Positions 36,975 to 47,757 of a DNA stretch of 64,000 bases are shown here, piece by piece. A program made the translations under genes and the position numbers. How positions within the stretch are numbered: the stretch's first letter is position 1; the number at the start of each line of letters is the position of its first letter. The notes below the pieces were generated by a model. The model did not search any database and was not told the DNA's origin. It worked only from the letters and a program-made list of their open reading frames with translations. The stretch lies in the sequence record KY555144.1; one strand, written 5' to 3'.

Positions 36975-37391
36975 ATGGCCTCTCTCGTCTACAACTCCAT
37001 GCTGCACGATCTGGTCAATGGCGACATCGCCTTTGACACCGACACCTTCAAGGTGATGCTGGTGACCTCGGCCTACACGCCGAACAAGGACACCCACACC
37101 CGCAAGAACCAAGTCACCAACGAGGTGACCGGCGCGGGCTACACCGCCGGCGGTCAGACCTCGGCCGTGACCATCACGCCCGACACCGCCAACGACCGCG
37201 AGGACCTGTCCTTCGCCACGGTCACCTGGACCAGCGCCACCATCACCGCCCGCGCGGCCGTGATCTACAAGGACACCGGCACGGCCACGACCTCGCCGCT
37301 GATCGCCTATGTCGACTTCGGCACGGACGTGTCGTCGACCAACGCGAACTTCGCCGTGTCGTTCTCGTCGCCGCTGCGCTTCCAGAACTAA
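36975..37391 (+). CDS. Virion structural protein
   Basis: AGGAG RBS; FKVMLV...YTAGG...ITARAAVIY...IAYVDFG pattern. Confidence 0.75.
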   Translation: MASLVYNSMLHDLVNGDIAFDTDTFKVMLVTSAYTPNKDTHTRKNQVTNEVTGAGYTAGGQTSAVTITPDTANDREDLSFATVTWTSATITARAAVIYKDTGTATTSPLIAYVDFGTDVSSTNANFAVSFSSPLRFQN

Positions 37392-37398
37392 GCCCTAA

Positions 37399-37422
37399 GT
37401 CACGATCCCATAGGATCGTGAC
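37399..37422. promoter_or_regulatory. GTCA-N16-TGAC palindromic site
   Basis: AAGTCACGA-N10-TCGTGACTT. Confidence 0.55.
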
Positions 37423-37465
37423 TTAGTCCGCCTCCTCGTCTCCGCCGCCTCAAGGGTCCTTCGCG

Positions 37466-40400
37466 TTGGTCGATATCGTCGCCGGCACGCCTGTGTCCGT
37501 CTCCTATTCGGGGGCGTCGACGACCTATGTCGCGGCGGAAACGGGCCAGATGACCGTCCACCTGTGGGGCGGCGCCGGCGCGGGCGGCTACTATTCCAAC
37601 GGCTCGGGCGCCGCCAACAAGTATGGTGGCGCGGGCGGTTACGCCCTTGTCAGCTTCCTGGTCAAGGAAGGCGATGTTCTGACCCTTGAGGTCGGGCAAG
37701 GCGGGCAGGCCGCCACCGGCTCGGGAACCACCGCCACGGCGGGTGGCAATGGCGGCTGGCCCGATGGCGGCTACGGCGGCAAGTCCACCAACGCCTATAT
37801 CGGGTTTGGCGGTGGCGGCGGCTCGACCCGCCTCTACCGCAATGGTGAACTGGTCGCCGTCGCGGGCGGCGGGGGCGGCGCGACCGGCCTCTACAACGGC
37901 GGCAACGGCGGCGGCGTGCTTGGCTTGGCCTCGGCCGACGCCAACTCCGGCGCGGGCGGCACCCAGAGCGTGGGCGGCACCGCCGGCTCGGGCACCCTGG
38001 CGATCCAGACCGGTCTCGGGTTCCAGGGCGGTCGCGGCGGCGCGACCGCCTCGACCGCGCATGCCTATGCTGGCGGCGGCGGTGGCGGCGGCCTCTATGG
38101 CGGTGCCTCCAACGGCGGCGGATCGCTGGCCGGTGGCTCGGGCGGCGGCGGCTCGGGCTATCTCAATCAAAATCTCCTCTACTCCGGACGCCTACAGGCC
38201 GCGCGCGCCGATACGAGTGGCGTGCCGTTCGATGTCGCCGGCATCCGCCCCGCCGGTGTCGCCGAGGGCGGCACGGGTCCGACGGTGGCGAGCACGGGCT
38301 GGGGCTCGATCACGCCCGGCGGCGACGGCTTCGCCTATCTCGCCCTGACCTCGGTGGCCTCGGCCCCGTCCTTCCCGACTTCGGGCACCACCACGCTCGC
38401 CTACAGTGGCGCGCGGCAGACCTACACCGTCACCCAGCTTTCGACCGTCGACATCGAGATGTGGGGCGCGGGTGGTGGTGGCGGCTTCTACACCACCGGC
38501 GGGGCTTCACCGCGCTATGGCGGGGCGGGCGGCTACACCAAGTTCACTAAGGTCCTGTTCCCCGGCGATATCGTCGAGATCGAGGTGGGTCAAGGCGGTC
38601 TGGCCCCGGACGGGGTCGGCGGCAATATCGGCGGCGCGGGCGGCTGGCCCAATGGCGGGGACGCGGGCCGTCCGTCCGCCAACGTCAACGCCTATATGGG
38701 CGGCGGTGGCGGCTCGACCAACATCTATGTCAATGGACGCCTGCTCGGCGTCGCCTCGGGCGGCGGCGGCGGCACCGGCCTCCTCAATGGCGGCAATGGC
38801 GGCGGCAAATGGGGTCTGGCCGACACCAACGGGGCGTCGGGCACGGCCGCCACCTGGGCGCGCGACAACAGCACCAGCACGGGTCTGGCGCGTGGCTTCC
38901 TGCTGCGCGGCGGTCACGGCTCGCCGAACGAAACCCGCGACATCGCCCACGCCAACGCGGGCGCGGGCGGCGGCGGCGGTTATTGGGGCGGCGGTGGCGC
39001 GCGCGGCAGCGTAGGGGCGGGCGGCGGCGGCTGCGGCTACATCAACGGCGATCTGACCTGGGACCGCTCCTATCAGTGGGGTACGCAAGGCACGGGTCAG
39101 CCCTATACGGGCGGCGCCTATACCGCTGGCGTGGGCGTGGGGGGCACCTGCGGCACTAGCGCCGGCACGACGACCAATGGCGGTGATGGTCAAATCGTCC
39201 TGACGGTGACGGCCGCCAGCACCGCGACCCTGCCGACCGACAAGAACGCCCTGACCTATAGTGGCGCGGTCCAGCACTATGTCGCCCCGTCCGCCGGCGT
39301 CATCGACCTGAAGATGTGGGGGTCTGGCGGCGGCTCGGGCGTGCGCACCTCGGGCACGCCCGGTCGTGGCGGCGGCGGCGGCTGCACGCTGGTCCCCTTC
39401 GTGCCGATCAAGGCGGGGGACATCATCACCTTCGCCGTGGGGCAAGGTGGTCGCGGCGCGGTCGACGCCAACTCCATTTCGCCCGGCGGCTGGCCCAACG
39501 GCGGCTATTCGGGTCCCTCGGCCTCGGCCGGTGGTGGCGGCGCCAGCCTGTTCTATGTCAATGGCGAGCTTGTCGCGGTCGCCGGTTCCGGCGCGGGCGC
39601 CGGTATCTCCAACGGCGGGTTCCCCGGTGGTTCGGCTTCGTGCGATCCCGGCTACGTTAACTTCACCTCCCACGGCGGCACCCAGACCACGGCGGGCTGG
39701 TGCCCCACGCGCGTGCTCGAAGGCACCACCTACGGCACCTACATGCTGGCCGGTGATGGCCAGATCGACGGCGTCGCTCCTGACAACGTCAACGTCAACA
39801 CTGGCGGCGGCGGCGGCGGCGGCTATTATGGCGGCGGCGGCAACGCCACCAACTCCAGCCGCTATTGGGGCGGCAACGGCGGCTCGGGCTATATCAACCC
39901 GAAGTACACCGGCACGATCACTGGCGCGTCGAGCGCGCTTGCCGCCAACAACACCGATCCTGACTATGTCGCCGGCGTCGGTGTCGCGGGTGTCGGCTCG
40001 ACGACCTATGCCAATCCCGTCACCAATGGCGGCGATGGTCGGATCGTCTTCACCTATGAAATCCCGCCCAATCTTGTCGAAAGCCTGACCACGGCGGTGC
40101 CGGTCGACGGAACGGTCAAGACCTACATCGTCGGCGCTGACGGTAACCTCGTGCTCGACCTGTGGGGCGGTGGCGGCGGCGCGGCGACCATGCTGGCCGG
40201 CGGGGGCAGTGAGCGCGGCGGCGGCGGCGGCTATACCGGGGGCACGATCCCGGTCACTGCCGGGCAGGTCATCCGGTTCTATAACGCGCGCGGCGGCGGC
40301 GGCGGCGTCTACACCAGTGGCACCGCCACGGCTCTGGTGGGCACCGGCGGCCCGAGCGGCTGGCCCGATGGCGGTCCTGGTGGCTATTATGCCGGTGCGG

Positions 40401-43400
40401 CGAGCCCGGCGCAGAACGGCATCCTGGCGGGCGCCGGTGGTGGCTCCTCGCGGGTCTATGTCGACGACCAATTGATCCTGCTGGCGGGCGGCGGCGGCGG
40501 CGGCGGCGATGGCGGCACCACCCGTACCCCTGGCGGCGGCGGCGGTCTGACCGGCGGCAATTCTGACGCACCTTCAGGTCAGAACCAAGGCGGCACGCAA
40601 ATTCGAGGCGGCGTCAACACGTCGCGTTCGACCGACACGGTCGCGGCGGGGGGCCTCTTCCGAGGCGGTTCGGGCTTCGCCACGGGCGGAGCCGCCAATG
40701 TCAGCAACGCCACGGCGGGCGGCGGCGGCGGCGGCGGTCTGTTCGGGGGCGCCGGTTCGGGCGGCTCTGTGATCTTTATCGGCGGCGCGGGCGGCTCGGC
40801 CTTTATCTTCGACGGGCTGATCGTTTCGAAATCCGACCCTTACCGCGCCGAGGTCATCGCCCAGATGACCTTCGAGACCGGCGGTGTCATCGACGACGGA
40901 CGCCTGCGCGAAATCCTCCCGGTCGACACGGTGCCGACGGCCGTCACTACCACGCCCAAGTACGGCGCCTATTGCGGCAACTATCCCGGCAGCGGTCACA
41001 CCACCATGACCGTGCCGGCCTTCGGCCTGCAAAACTTCACGATCGAGGCGTGGTTCAGCCCCAACTCGCTCGCCAGCGGCGTTCTCTTCGCCTACGGTAA
41101 CAGCGGGGTTGGCGGCTTCTCGCTGCACTATAACACCAATACCCTGACCCTGCGCCACAATGGCGATGCGGCCACCGACCTGACCTGGGCCGACACCGCC
41201 CGCGTCGCCAACGTCTGGGCGCACTATGCCGTCGTTCGCGACATGGCCGGCACCCGCGTCTATAAGGACGGCCGGCTGGTTCTGACCTATGTCAATTCGA
41301 TTGGCACTAGCTTCACGGCCACGCAACTGACCCTGGCCAACTATACGGGGGCCTCGGGCAACAGCACGCGCTTCGCTGGCCGGATCGATGAGTTCCGCGC
41401 CACCCTGGGCGCGTGCCGGTACGTCAAGCCCTTCACCCCGTCGTCTTTCGCGGCGACTTCGCCCTACATCCCGACCCTGACGTCCACCACCCAGGCTCCG
41501 CAGGGCTCGTCAGGCACCGCCGCCAACAATGGCTCGGCAAAATATATCGCCGGACGCGGCGTTGGAGCCCAGACGCGTTTTACGGCTGGTACCGCCCCGT
41601 CGGGCGGCGATGGGCAGATCAGCTACTTCCTCGGCACCTCGACCGTCACGGCGGCGGGACCGATCGGCACGGTCATCGTCTCGGGCCTGACCGACGCCGC
41701 CGCTGGCGCCTTCTATCCCCTGCCGCCCGTGGGCTCGGTCGTCGTCGAGCCCTATACCGGCGCGCGCGTCAACTATGAGGTCACCGAGGCCGTCGGCGCG
41801 CGGATCAAGGTCGAGATGTGGGGTGGCGGCGGCGGCGGCAGTTCGGCCAACAACACCCTGACCACCAACGGCGGCGGCGGCGGCGGCTACACCGTCATCG
41901 AACTCGACCTTGTCCAGGGTGACCGGATCACCGTCCAGACGCCGTCGGGCGGGGCGGGCGGCGTCAACGCCGGTAGTGGCTCGGCGATCAACCTCGGTGG
42001 TTATCCCGACGGCGGTGACGGTTATCGGCCGGCCTTCACGGCGCTCAACTGCGGCGGCGGCGGCTCGGCGCGCCTGTGGGCGCAAGGCAATCTGGCGGCC
42101 GTCGCCGGCGGCGGCGGCGGCGCGGCCTATGGCGGCGGCGGCTATGACTTCCCTGGTGGCGCGGGCGGCGGCAACCTCGGCGGCCCCGGCGCCTATGACG
42201 GCGTCAACGCCACCTTCCCGAACGGCGGCGGCACCCAGATCGCCGGCGGCGTCGGAACGGCCAATGGCGTCAACGGGACATCGCTGCAAGGCGGTCACGG
42301 CGGCACCGTTTCGGGGATCGCCAACAACGGTTGCGGCGGCGGCGGCGGCTATTATGGCGGCGGCGGCGGCGGCGCTTACAAATCGGGTGGCGGCGGCTCG
42401 GGCTATGTCAACACCGGTCTGCCGGGCTACCGCACGGGCTCCACCACGGGCGGCTCGGGCAACCTGCCGGCCGGCATGTCTTCGCCCAACTACGTCTCGG
42501 GCATCGGCGTCGGCTCGAATGGCAAGGGCGGGGCGTTCACCAACGGCGGTAACGGCCGGATCGTCATCTCGGTCATCACCCCGACGCCGGGCAACGCGTC
42601 GGGATCGATCGGCACCGTCAACGTCTCGGGTCTGGACAATTTCGGCCTGCTGATCGGCGTTCCGACCGGTCCGCTCGACACCATCGACGTCGTGGTTCCG
42701 GTCGGGGTGTCGGGCCAGCCCGGTTTCGCCGAAGGCCCGCTGACCACCATTGGCGTCGGTCCGGCCGAGACGATTCCCCAGGCCCAGGCCGTCGTCATCG
42801 TCCCGATCAACGATCAGACCTCGATCCTGATCGAGCCGCCGATCAACGCGCCACTGGAGGTCCCCGGAGACGGGATCGGCGAGCTTGACACGATCGTCGT
42901 CTCGCCGTTCGATTCGACCCAGACGGCGGGCGTCGCCTTCGACGCTGCGGACCTGCCGACCATCACCCTGGTCGCGCCCGAGGCCGACGCGGTTGAGATT
43001 CCGCCGGTCCTGACGTCGGGCGACATCGGCACGGTCATCGTCACCGCGACCGAGGCGACCACCCAGGTCATTCCGCCGGTCGAGACCAGCGGCGACATCG
43101 GCACCATCACCGTCGTGACGGTGACGGGTGAGGCGTCGTGGAACAACAACGTCTCGGCCTCGGGCGACATCGGCACGATCATCGTTACCGTGCCCGACGT
43201 CGCGGCCGTGGGCGACGATCTGGCCGAAGGGCTGATCGGCACGATCACGGTGATCGCGCCCGAGGGCGTGGCGCTCCAGGACGCCAATGTCGCGGCCGAC
43301 ATCGGCACCATCTCGGTCTATCCGATCGAAGGCGGTCAGCCGGGCGACGCGGTCGGCGACATCCCCTATATCCAGGTGGTCACGCCGGGCGCGACGGTCA

Positions 43401-45856
43401 ACGCCTCGTCGGGCGACGACATCTCGCTCTATGCCGATATCGGCACGATCTACGTCCTCCAGGTCTATGGCCAGGGCTTCTGGATTTCCGAGGACAATTA
43501 CGTCCACGCCCTGCCCGATCCGCTGATCGTCACCACCACCGCGCCGGAGGGCTCGGCGCGCGGCGACGTCCATATCGTCCAGCCGCTGCCGGCCATCGTC
43601 GTCACCGCGCCGGTCCCGGTCGCGGCGGGTAACGCCCAGGCCGACGCCTATACGGGCGACTTCATCATCCTGGTCGCGCCGCCGGTTCCGCAAACGGAAC
43701 TGAACGCGAACGTCAACGTCTCGATGCCGCCGCCGATCGTCATCAACGGCAATGACGCGGAAGCCTCGCTTGACCTGAGCGTGCCGTTCAGCGACACGGC
43801 GGTGTTCGTCACCGGCCCCGAGGCCCTGGGCCTGGGCTTCCACGGCGGCGAGATGGGGCCGCCGATCGTGGTCACCCCGCCGCAGGGTGGCCCGGAGATT
43901 TCGGTCGAAATCTTCGTCGATCCCGGCACGATCCTGGTGGAGGCCCCGCGCTTCCACTATATCCCCCCGATCACGGTGTTCCCGCCCGAAGGCGTGGCCC
44001 TCGACGCCAAGTCGGCCGAGGCCTCCGGTGATCTCGGCACCATCACCATCGGGGTCCCGACCGGCGGCTACCAAGCCAACGTCGCCATCAACCTGCCGCT
44101 GCCGACGATCTTCGTCAACGTCCCGCAGGTCATGGTCTTCGCCTCGGTCGCCGTGTCGGGCGACATCGGGACGATCATCCTCACCCCGCCGGCCGCCACC
44201 CTGACTGCCGGCGCGGACGCGGCCTTCACCCTGCCCGGCCCGATCGTCGTCACCGCGCCCGAGGCGACGGCGACGGCGGGCACGGCGGCGGCGACCTCCG
44301 GCGCCCTGACCACGATCACCCTGACCCCGCCCGAGGGTTCGGTCTCGACCGGCGCGGCGGCGGCGACCTCGGGCGCGATCGGCACGATCCTCGTCTCGCC
44401 GTTCGACGGCAGCGTCTTCATTTCCTATCCGGGCAATGCGTCGGGCGCGATCGGCACGATCGTCGTCACCCCGCCGGTCGCGACCGTCTCCAACGGCCGC
44501 AACCTGTCGATCGCCCTGCCCGGCCCGATCATCGTCACCCCGCCTGCGGCCCAGCCTCAGGCTGGCGCGGCGATCACCGGCGACATCGGCACGATCGTCG
44601 TCACCAACCCGGACGGCCAGGGCACCGGCGACACCGTGCTGGCCTCGGGCGCGATCGGCACGATCTTCGTCACCACCCCGGACGGTGCGGCGACCGGGCG
44701 GGGCCTGGGCACGGGCGCGATCGGTACGATCGTCGTCACCCCGCCAGTAGCGTCCCTGACCACCGGCGCCAACAAGACCGTCGCCCTTCCCGGTCCGATC
44801 GTCGTCACCCCGCCGGTCGGCGTGGGTCGTGTCCCCGCCGTCGGCGCGGGCGATCTGGCGACGATCACCATCACCAGCACGCCCGAGGCCACCCTGTCGG
44901 TGGGCCAGGGCATCGACGGCCAGATCGGCACGATCACGGTCACGCCGCCCGAGGCGCTGCCGCAGGGCTCGGTGTTCGTCGACCCGACCGACGAAATGGT
45001 CGTGCAGGTCCTGCCTCCGCAGGCCATCCTCTTCCGCGAGGCCACGGTCATCGTCGGCTTCCCGACGGTCTATCTGGTCGCGCCCGAGGCGATCACCTAT
45101 TCGCTGGCCGAATTCGCCTCGATCACCCTGCTGCCGCCGGACGCCTATGTCGACGTCCCGCTCCCGCTGGGCAAGAACCGCATCCGCTACCGCCGCAACA
45201 CCACCGCCGGCCGCGCCCCGGCCAGCCTGCGCCCCAACGAGATCGCCCTGAACGAGACCGATGGCCTGCTGTTCACGCGTGACGGCGCCGGCGCGGTCAA
45301 GGCCACCCCGCTGGGCTTCCTGACCGGCGCGGGCGTGCCGCCGCCGATCACCGACAACGGCAAGGTCCTGTCGGGCGGCCTGTCCTGGGAGACGCCGAAC
45401 ACCCGCTACCTCCTGCCGGTCCGCAACGCGCCGCCGGCCGGCGCGCGCATCGCCCTGGGCGAGGGCGTGGTGGGCGTCACGACCTTCACCCCGACGGTCG
45501 ACGTCACCTACACGCGCCCGTTCTTCGTGGCCAAGACCATCGACATCCAGGCGCTGTCGGTGGATGTGGTGGGCGCCGCCGCCGCTACGGCCGAACTGGG
45601 CCTGATCGGCTGGTCCCTGTCGGGCGTGCCCGGCGCGACCCTGGCGCTCGGTACGGTCAGCACCGCGACCACCGGCGTCAAGACGGCGACCGGCACGGCC
45701 GTGACCTTGACGCCGGGCTGGTACGCCTCCACCTTCAAGGTCACCGGCGCGGCGGGGGCGTCGTTCCGGGCTCCGACCGCACCGACGGCGATCGCGCCGG
45801 ACCTCACCGTGACGCCGGGCGCCCCGGCGCCGGTCATGGCAGACCTGGAGGCCTAA
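37466..45856 (+). CDS. Giant fibre/filament protein (Gly-rich domains, LamG-like lectin, beta-repeat shaft)
   Basis: 2796 aa; repeated WGGGGGG modules; FTIEAW...WAHYAVVR...IDEFR LamG-like segment; GDIGTIxVTxP repeats. Confidence 0.88.
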   Translation: MVDIVAGTPVSVSYSGASTTYVAAETGQMTVHLWGGAGAGGYYSNGSGAANKYGGAGGYALVSFLVKEGDVLTLEVGQGGQAATGSGTTATAGGNGGWPDGGYGGKSTNAYIGFGGGGGSTRLYRNGELVAVAGGGGGATGLYNGGNGGGVLGLASADANSGAGGTQSVGGTAGSGTLAIQTGLGFQGGRGGATASTAHAYAGGGGGGGLYGGASNGGGSLAGGSGGGGSGYLNQNLLYSGRLQAARADTSGVPFDVAGIRPAGVAEGGTGPTVASTGWGSITPGGDGFAYLALTSVASAPSFPTSGTTTLAYSGARQTYTVTQLSTVDIEMWGAGGGGGFYTTGGASPRYGGAGGYTKFTKVLFPGDIVEIEVGQGGLAPDGVGGNIGGAGGWPNGGDAGRPSANVNAYMGGGGGSTNIYVNGRLLGVASGGGGGTGLLNGGNGGGKWGLADTNGASGTAATWARDNSTSTGLARGFLLRGGHGSPNETRDIAHANAGAGGGGGYWGGGGARGSVGAGGGGCGYINGDLTWDRSYQWGTQGTGQPYTGGAYTAGVGVGGTCGTSAGTTTNGGDGQIVLTVTAASTATLPTDKNALTYSGAVQHYVAPSAGVIDLKMWGSGGGSGVRTSGTPGRGGGGGCTLVPFVPIKAGDIITFAVGQGGRGAVDANSISPGGWPNGGYSGPSASAGGGGASLFYVNGELVAVAGSGAGAGISNGGFPGGSASCDPGYVNFTSHGGTQTTAGWCPTRVLEGTTYGTYMLAGDGQIDGVAPDNVNVNTGGGGGGGYYGGGGNATNSSRYWGGNGGSGYINPKYTGTITGASSALAANNTDPDYVAGVGVAGVGSTTYANPVTNGGDGRIVFTYEIPPNLVESLTTAVPVDGTVKTYIVGADGNLVLDLWGGGGGAATMLAGGGSERGGGGGYTGGTIPVTAGQVIRFYNARGGGGGVYTSGTATALVGTGGPSGWPDGGPGGYYAGAASPAQNGILAGAGGGSSRVYVDDQLILLAGGGGGGGDGGTTRTPGGGGGLTGGNSDAPSGQNQGGTQIRGGVNTSRSTDTVAAGGLFRGGSGFATGGAANVSNATAGGGGGGGLFGGAGSGGSVIFIGGAGGSAFIFDGLIVSKSDPYRAEVIAQMTFETGGVIDDGRLREILPVDTVPTAVTTTPKYGAYCGNYPGSGHTTMTVPAFGLQNFTIEAWFSPNSLASGVLFAYGNSGVGGFSLHYNTNTLTLRHNGDAATDLTWADTARVANVWAHYAVVRDMAGTRVYKDGRLVLTYVNSIGTSFTATQLTLANYTGASGNSTRFAGRIDEFRATLGACRYVKPFTPSSFAATSPYIPTLTSTTQAPQGSSGTAANNGSAKYIAGRGVGAQTRFTAGTAPSGGDGQISYFLGTSTVTAAGPIGTVIVSGLTDAAAGAFYPLPPVGSVVVEPYTGARVNYEVTEAVGARIKVEMWGGGGGGSSANNTLTTNGGGGGGYTVIELDLVQGDRITVQTPSGGAGGVNAGSGSAINLGGYPDGGDGYRPAFTALNCGGGGSARLWAQGNLAAVAGGGGGAAYGGGGYDFPGGAGGGNLGGPGAYDGVNATFPNGGGTQIAGGVGTANGVNGTSLQGGHGGTVSGIANNGCGGGGGYYGGGGGGAYKSGGGGSGYVNTGLPGYRTGSTTGGSGNLPAGMSSPNYVSGIGVGSNGKGGAFTNGGNGRIVISVITPTPGNASGSIGTVNVSGLDNFGLLIGVPTGPLDTIDVVVPVGVSGQPGFAEGPLTTIGVGPAETIPQAQAVVIVPINDQTSILIEPPINAPLEVPGDGIGELDTIVVSPFDSTQTAGVAFDAADLPTITLVAPEADAVEIPPVLTSGDIGTVIVTATEATTQVIPPVETSGDIGTITVVTVTGEASWNNNVSASGDIGTIIVTVPDVAAVGDDLAEGLIGTITVIAPEGVALQDANVAADIGTISVYPIEGGQPGDAVGDIPYIQVVTPGATVNASSGDDISLYADIGTIYVLQVYGQGFWISEDNYVHALPDPLIVTTTAPEGSARGDVHIVQPLPAIVVTAPVPVAAGNAQADAYTGDFIILVAPPVPQTELNANVNVSMPPPIVINGNDAEASLDLSVPFSDTAVFVTGPEALGLGFHGGEMGPPIVVTPPQGGPEISVEIFVDPGTILVEAPRFHYIPPITVFPPEGVALDAKSAEASGDLGTITIGVPTGGYQANVAINLPLPTIFVNVPQVMVFASVAVSGDIGTIILTPPAATLTAGADAAFTLPGPIVVTAPEATATAGTAAATSGALTTITLTPPEGSVSTGAAAATSGAIGTILVSPFDGSVFISYPGNASGAIGTIVVTPPVATVSNGRNLSIALPGPIIVTPPAAQPQAGAAITGDIGTIVVTNPDGQGTGDTVLASGAIGTIFVTTPDGAATGRGLGTGAIGTIVVTPPVASLTTGANKTVALPGPIVVTPPVGVGRVPAVGAGDLATITITSTPEATLSVGQGIDGQIGTITVTPPEALPQGSVFVDPTDEMVVQVLPPQAILFREATVIVGFPTVYLVAPEAITYSLAEFASITLLPPDAYVDVPLPLGKNRIRYRRNTTAGRAPASLRPNEIALNETDGLLFTRDGAGAVKATPLGFLTGAGVPPPITDNGKVLSGGLSWETPNTRYLLPVRNAPPAGARIALGEGVVGVTTFTPTVDVTYTRPFFVAKTIDIQALSVDVVGAAAATAELGLIGWSLSGVPGATLALGTVSTATTGVKTATGTAVTLTPGWYASTFKVTGAAGASFRAPTAPTAIAPDLTVTPGAPAPVMADLEA

Positions 45857-45860
45857 GACC

Positions 45861-46529
45861 ATGCCGACCAACATCAACATGGCGCCGGACACCACCCTGC
45901 TGGCCGACATCCTCCTCAATGGCGGGGCTGGCGCGCCAGCGGACCTGGAGGATGGCGAACTCTATATCGACGAGGCGGGGCGCAAGCTCTATGTTGAGAC
46001 CGTGGTCGGCGTCCAGGCCATTCCGCTCGACGTCGGCTATGTCCCGCGCCGTCCCAGCGGCACGCCGCTCGATTACGTGGTCAACAAGACCGAGACCGGG
46101 GCCGAGTGGGGACCGCTGGAAGGCGGGGCCGGCGGCTCGCCGTTCGACGCGGCCGAGTTCCGCATCCCCGGCTTGGCTCCCACGGGCCTGGACACGGTTG
46201 CCATGCCCGGCGCCTCCGGAGGCCTGGGCCTGTTCGAGATGCCGATCCAGGACGTGCTCCTGAGCATCCGCGTACACGCCTCGGCGGGCGCGGGGTCCGT
46301 GACCGTGGCGCTCTATCCGTACAACGGCTCGCTCGGCTCGCTGATCTTCACCCAGACCCTGACCTTCGCCGCCCCCGAGGCCCAGGTCGTGCCCGTGTCC
46401 CAGCCCCTGACGCCGGGCGTCTACGCCTGGGTCTGGACCGGGACCGACGGCCTGACCCTCGACGCGATCAAGGGCTCGCTCCCGTGGGCGACGCGCGAGC
46501 AAACCCATCCCGTGGCGATGAAGTTCTAA
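45861..46529 (+). CDS. Fibre-associated protein
   Basis: N-terminal APADLEDGELYID attachment-type motif. Confidence 0.75.
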   Translation: MPTNINMAPDTTLLADILLNGGAGAPADLEDGELYIDEAGRKLYVETVVGVQAIPLDVGYVPRRPSGTPLDYVVNKTETGAEWGPLEGGAGGSPFDAAEFRIPGLAPTGLDTVAMPGASGGLGLFEMPIQDVLLSIRVHASAGAGSVTVALYPYNGSLGSLIFTQTLTFAAPEAQVVPVSQPLTPGVYAWVWTGTDGLTLDAIKGSLPWATREQTHPVAMKF

Positions 46530-46531
46530 CG

Positions 46532-47308
46532 ATGGCGATCCAGAACCCCCATTCCACCACGCCCGGCGCCATGCCGCACCTGACGCCCGGCGAGATCGGC
46601 GTCAACAAGGCCGACGACATCCTCTGGTTCCGCTCGCAGGGGCGCCGCGTGCCGATCATCCTGAGCGACCTTGACCGCGCCCCGCCGGCGGACGGCTATG
46701 TCGGCGCGCCCCTGACCCTGGTGGACGGCGCGCCGGCCTGGAACGTCAAGCTCTTGCCGTCCTCGATCGTCTCCGGCGCGGTCAAGGTCGATCTCCCGCC
46801 CGCCGCCGGGCTACACGCCGTGCCGAGCGTCCTGCTCCAGGGCCTGGGGGCCGATCGCGCCCTGGCGTCCAATGATCTGGACCTCACCCCCTTCTATGTC
46901 CGCTCCGACTCCATCACCCTGACCCATCTGGCCTTCAGCGTGCGCTCGGCGGGCGCGCCGGCCATGCGCGTGGGGATCGTCGATGCCTTCGGCGTCGTCC
47001 AGGCCGACATCCTGGTCGCCGCGCCGGTCGTGGGGGCCAATGTCGTGGCTCTCTCGCCGGTCCTGACCCTCCAGCGCGGCGTCTACCGCACCATCCTGGC
47101 GACGACCGGGGCGGTGACCGTGGGGATCGCCACGGGCGCGCGCATGGAGCAGGGCTGGGACATCATCGCCGACGCGCCGTCGTTCATCCGGGGCTACAGC
47201 GGCAGCAAGAACACCGGCGGCGGTATCGGGAGCCTACCGGCGCTGACCCCGCGCCGCGACCCCGCGCCGGGCCAGGATCACGCCGTCCTCCTGCGCTGGA
47301 CGGCGTGA
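46532..47308 (+). CDS. Fibre-associated protein
   Basis: N-terminal STTPGAMPHLTPGEIGVN motif; C-domain resembles end of the giant fibre. Confidence 0.75.
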   Translation: MAIQNPHSTTPGAMPHLTPGEIGVNKADDILWFRSQGRRVPIILSDLDRAPPADGYVGAPLTLVDGAPAWNVKLLPSSIVSGAVKVDLPPAAGLHAVPSVLLQGLGADRALASNDLDLTPFYVRSDSITLTHLAFSVRSAGAPAMRVGIVDAFGVVQADILVAAPVVGANVVALSPVLTLQRGVYRTILATTGAVTVGIATGARMEQGWDIIADAPSFIRGYSGSKNTGGGIGSLPALTPRRDPAPGQDHAVLLRWTA

Positions 47309-47340
47309 ATCTTGACACTCGGTCGAAATACGGTTAACCT
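47302..47340 (+). promoter_or_regulatory. GGCGTGAATC-TTGACA-N15-GTTAACCT promoter
   Basis: Motif variant. Confidence 0.7.
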
Positions 47341-47370
47341 GCGCGCTCATCTGGAGTTTCGAGCGCCATC

Positions 47371-47637
47371 ATGGCCGAGCTTGTCCGCATCTATCACCCC
47401 GAGACGAACGAGCCGTTCGACGTGATTCCGTCGACCGCTGAACGTCTGCGCCTGGGTCAAGGTCTGGACGGTCTGGTGTGGCTCTCGCAGCCCTTCTCCC
47501 GCGCCGCTGCCGAAGAGCCGGCGCCGGAAGCCCCCAAGGGGCGAGGTCGTAAGCGCGTCGCCGCGCCCGTCTCGGACGAAGCCGAAGACGATGGCTGGCG
47601 TGACGCGCCGACCGAGGACGCTTCCGAAGCCGCGTAA
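47371..47637 (+). CDS. Acidic protein with KGRGRKR motif
   Basis: GGAG RBS; resembles the 33233 gene. Confidence 0.75.
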   Translation: MAELVRIYHPETNEPFDVIPSTAERLRLGQGLDGLVWLSQPFSRAAAEEPAPEAPKGRGRKRVAAPVSDEAEDDGWRDAPTEDASEAA

Positions 47638-47681
47638 GGCGCTTCCCCGTCCACTCTGCTGAAATTCGGTCTCAGTCCCAT

Positions 47682-47757
47682 GTCGGTCTAGCTCATGGGG
47701 TAGAGCGGCGGTCTCCAAAACCGCGCGTGGCAGGTTCGAGTCCTGCGACCGGCGCCA
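47682..47757 (+). tRNA. tRNA-Trp(CCA)
   Basis: Cloverleaf; loop CT-CCA-AA; encoded CCA. Confidence 0.95.

Noticed and set aside
33008-36976. 1322-aa minus-strand ORF
   Set aside because: Shadow of structural genes
38507-45919. 654-aa and 1469-aa minus-strand ORFs
   Set aside because: Shadows of the giant fibre gene
44900-47308. Diversity-generating retroelement on fibre tips
   Set aside because: No reverse transcriptase and no adenine-variable TR/VR repeat pair seen
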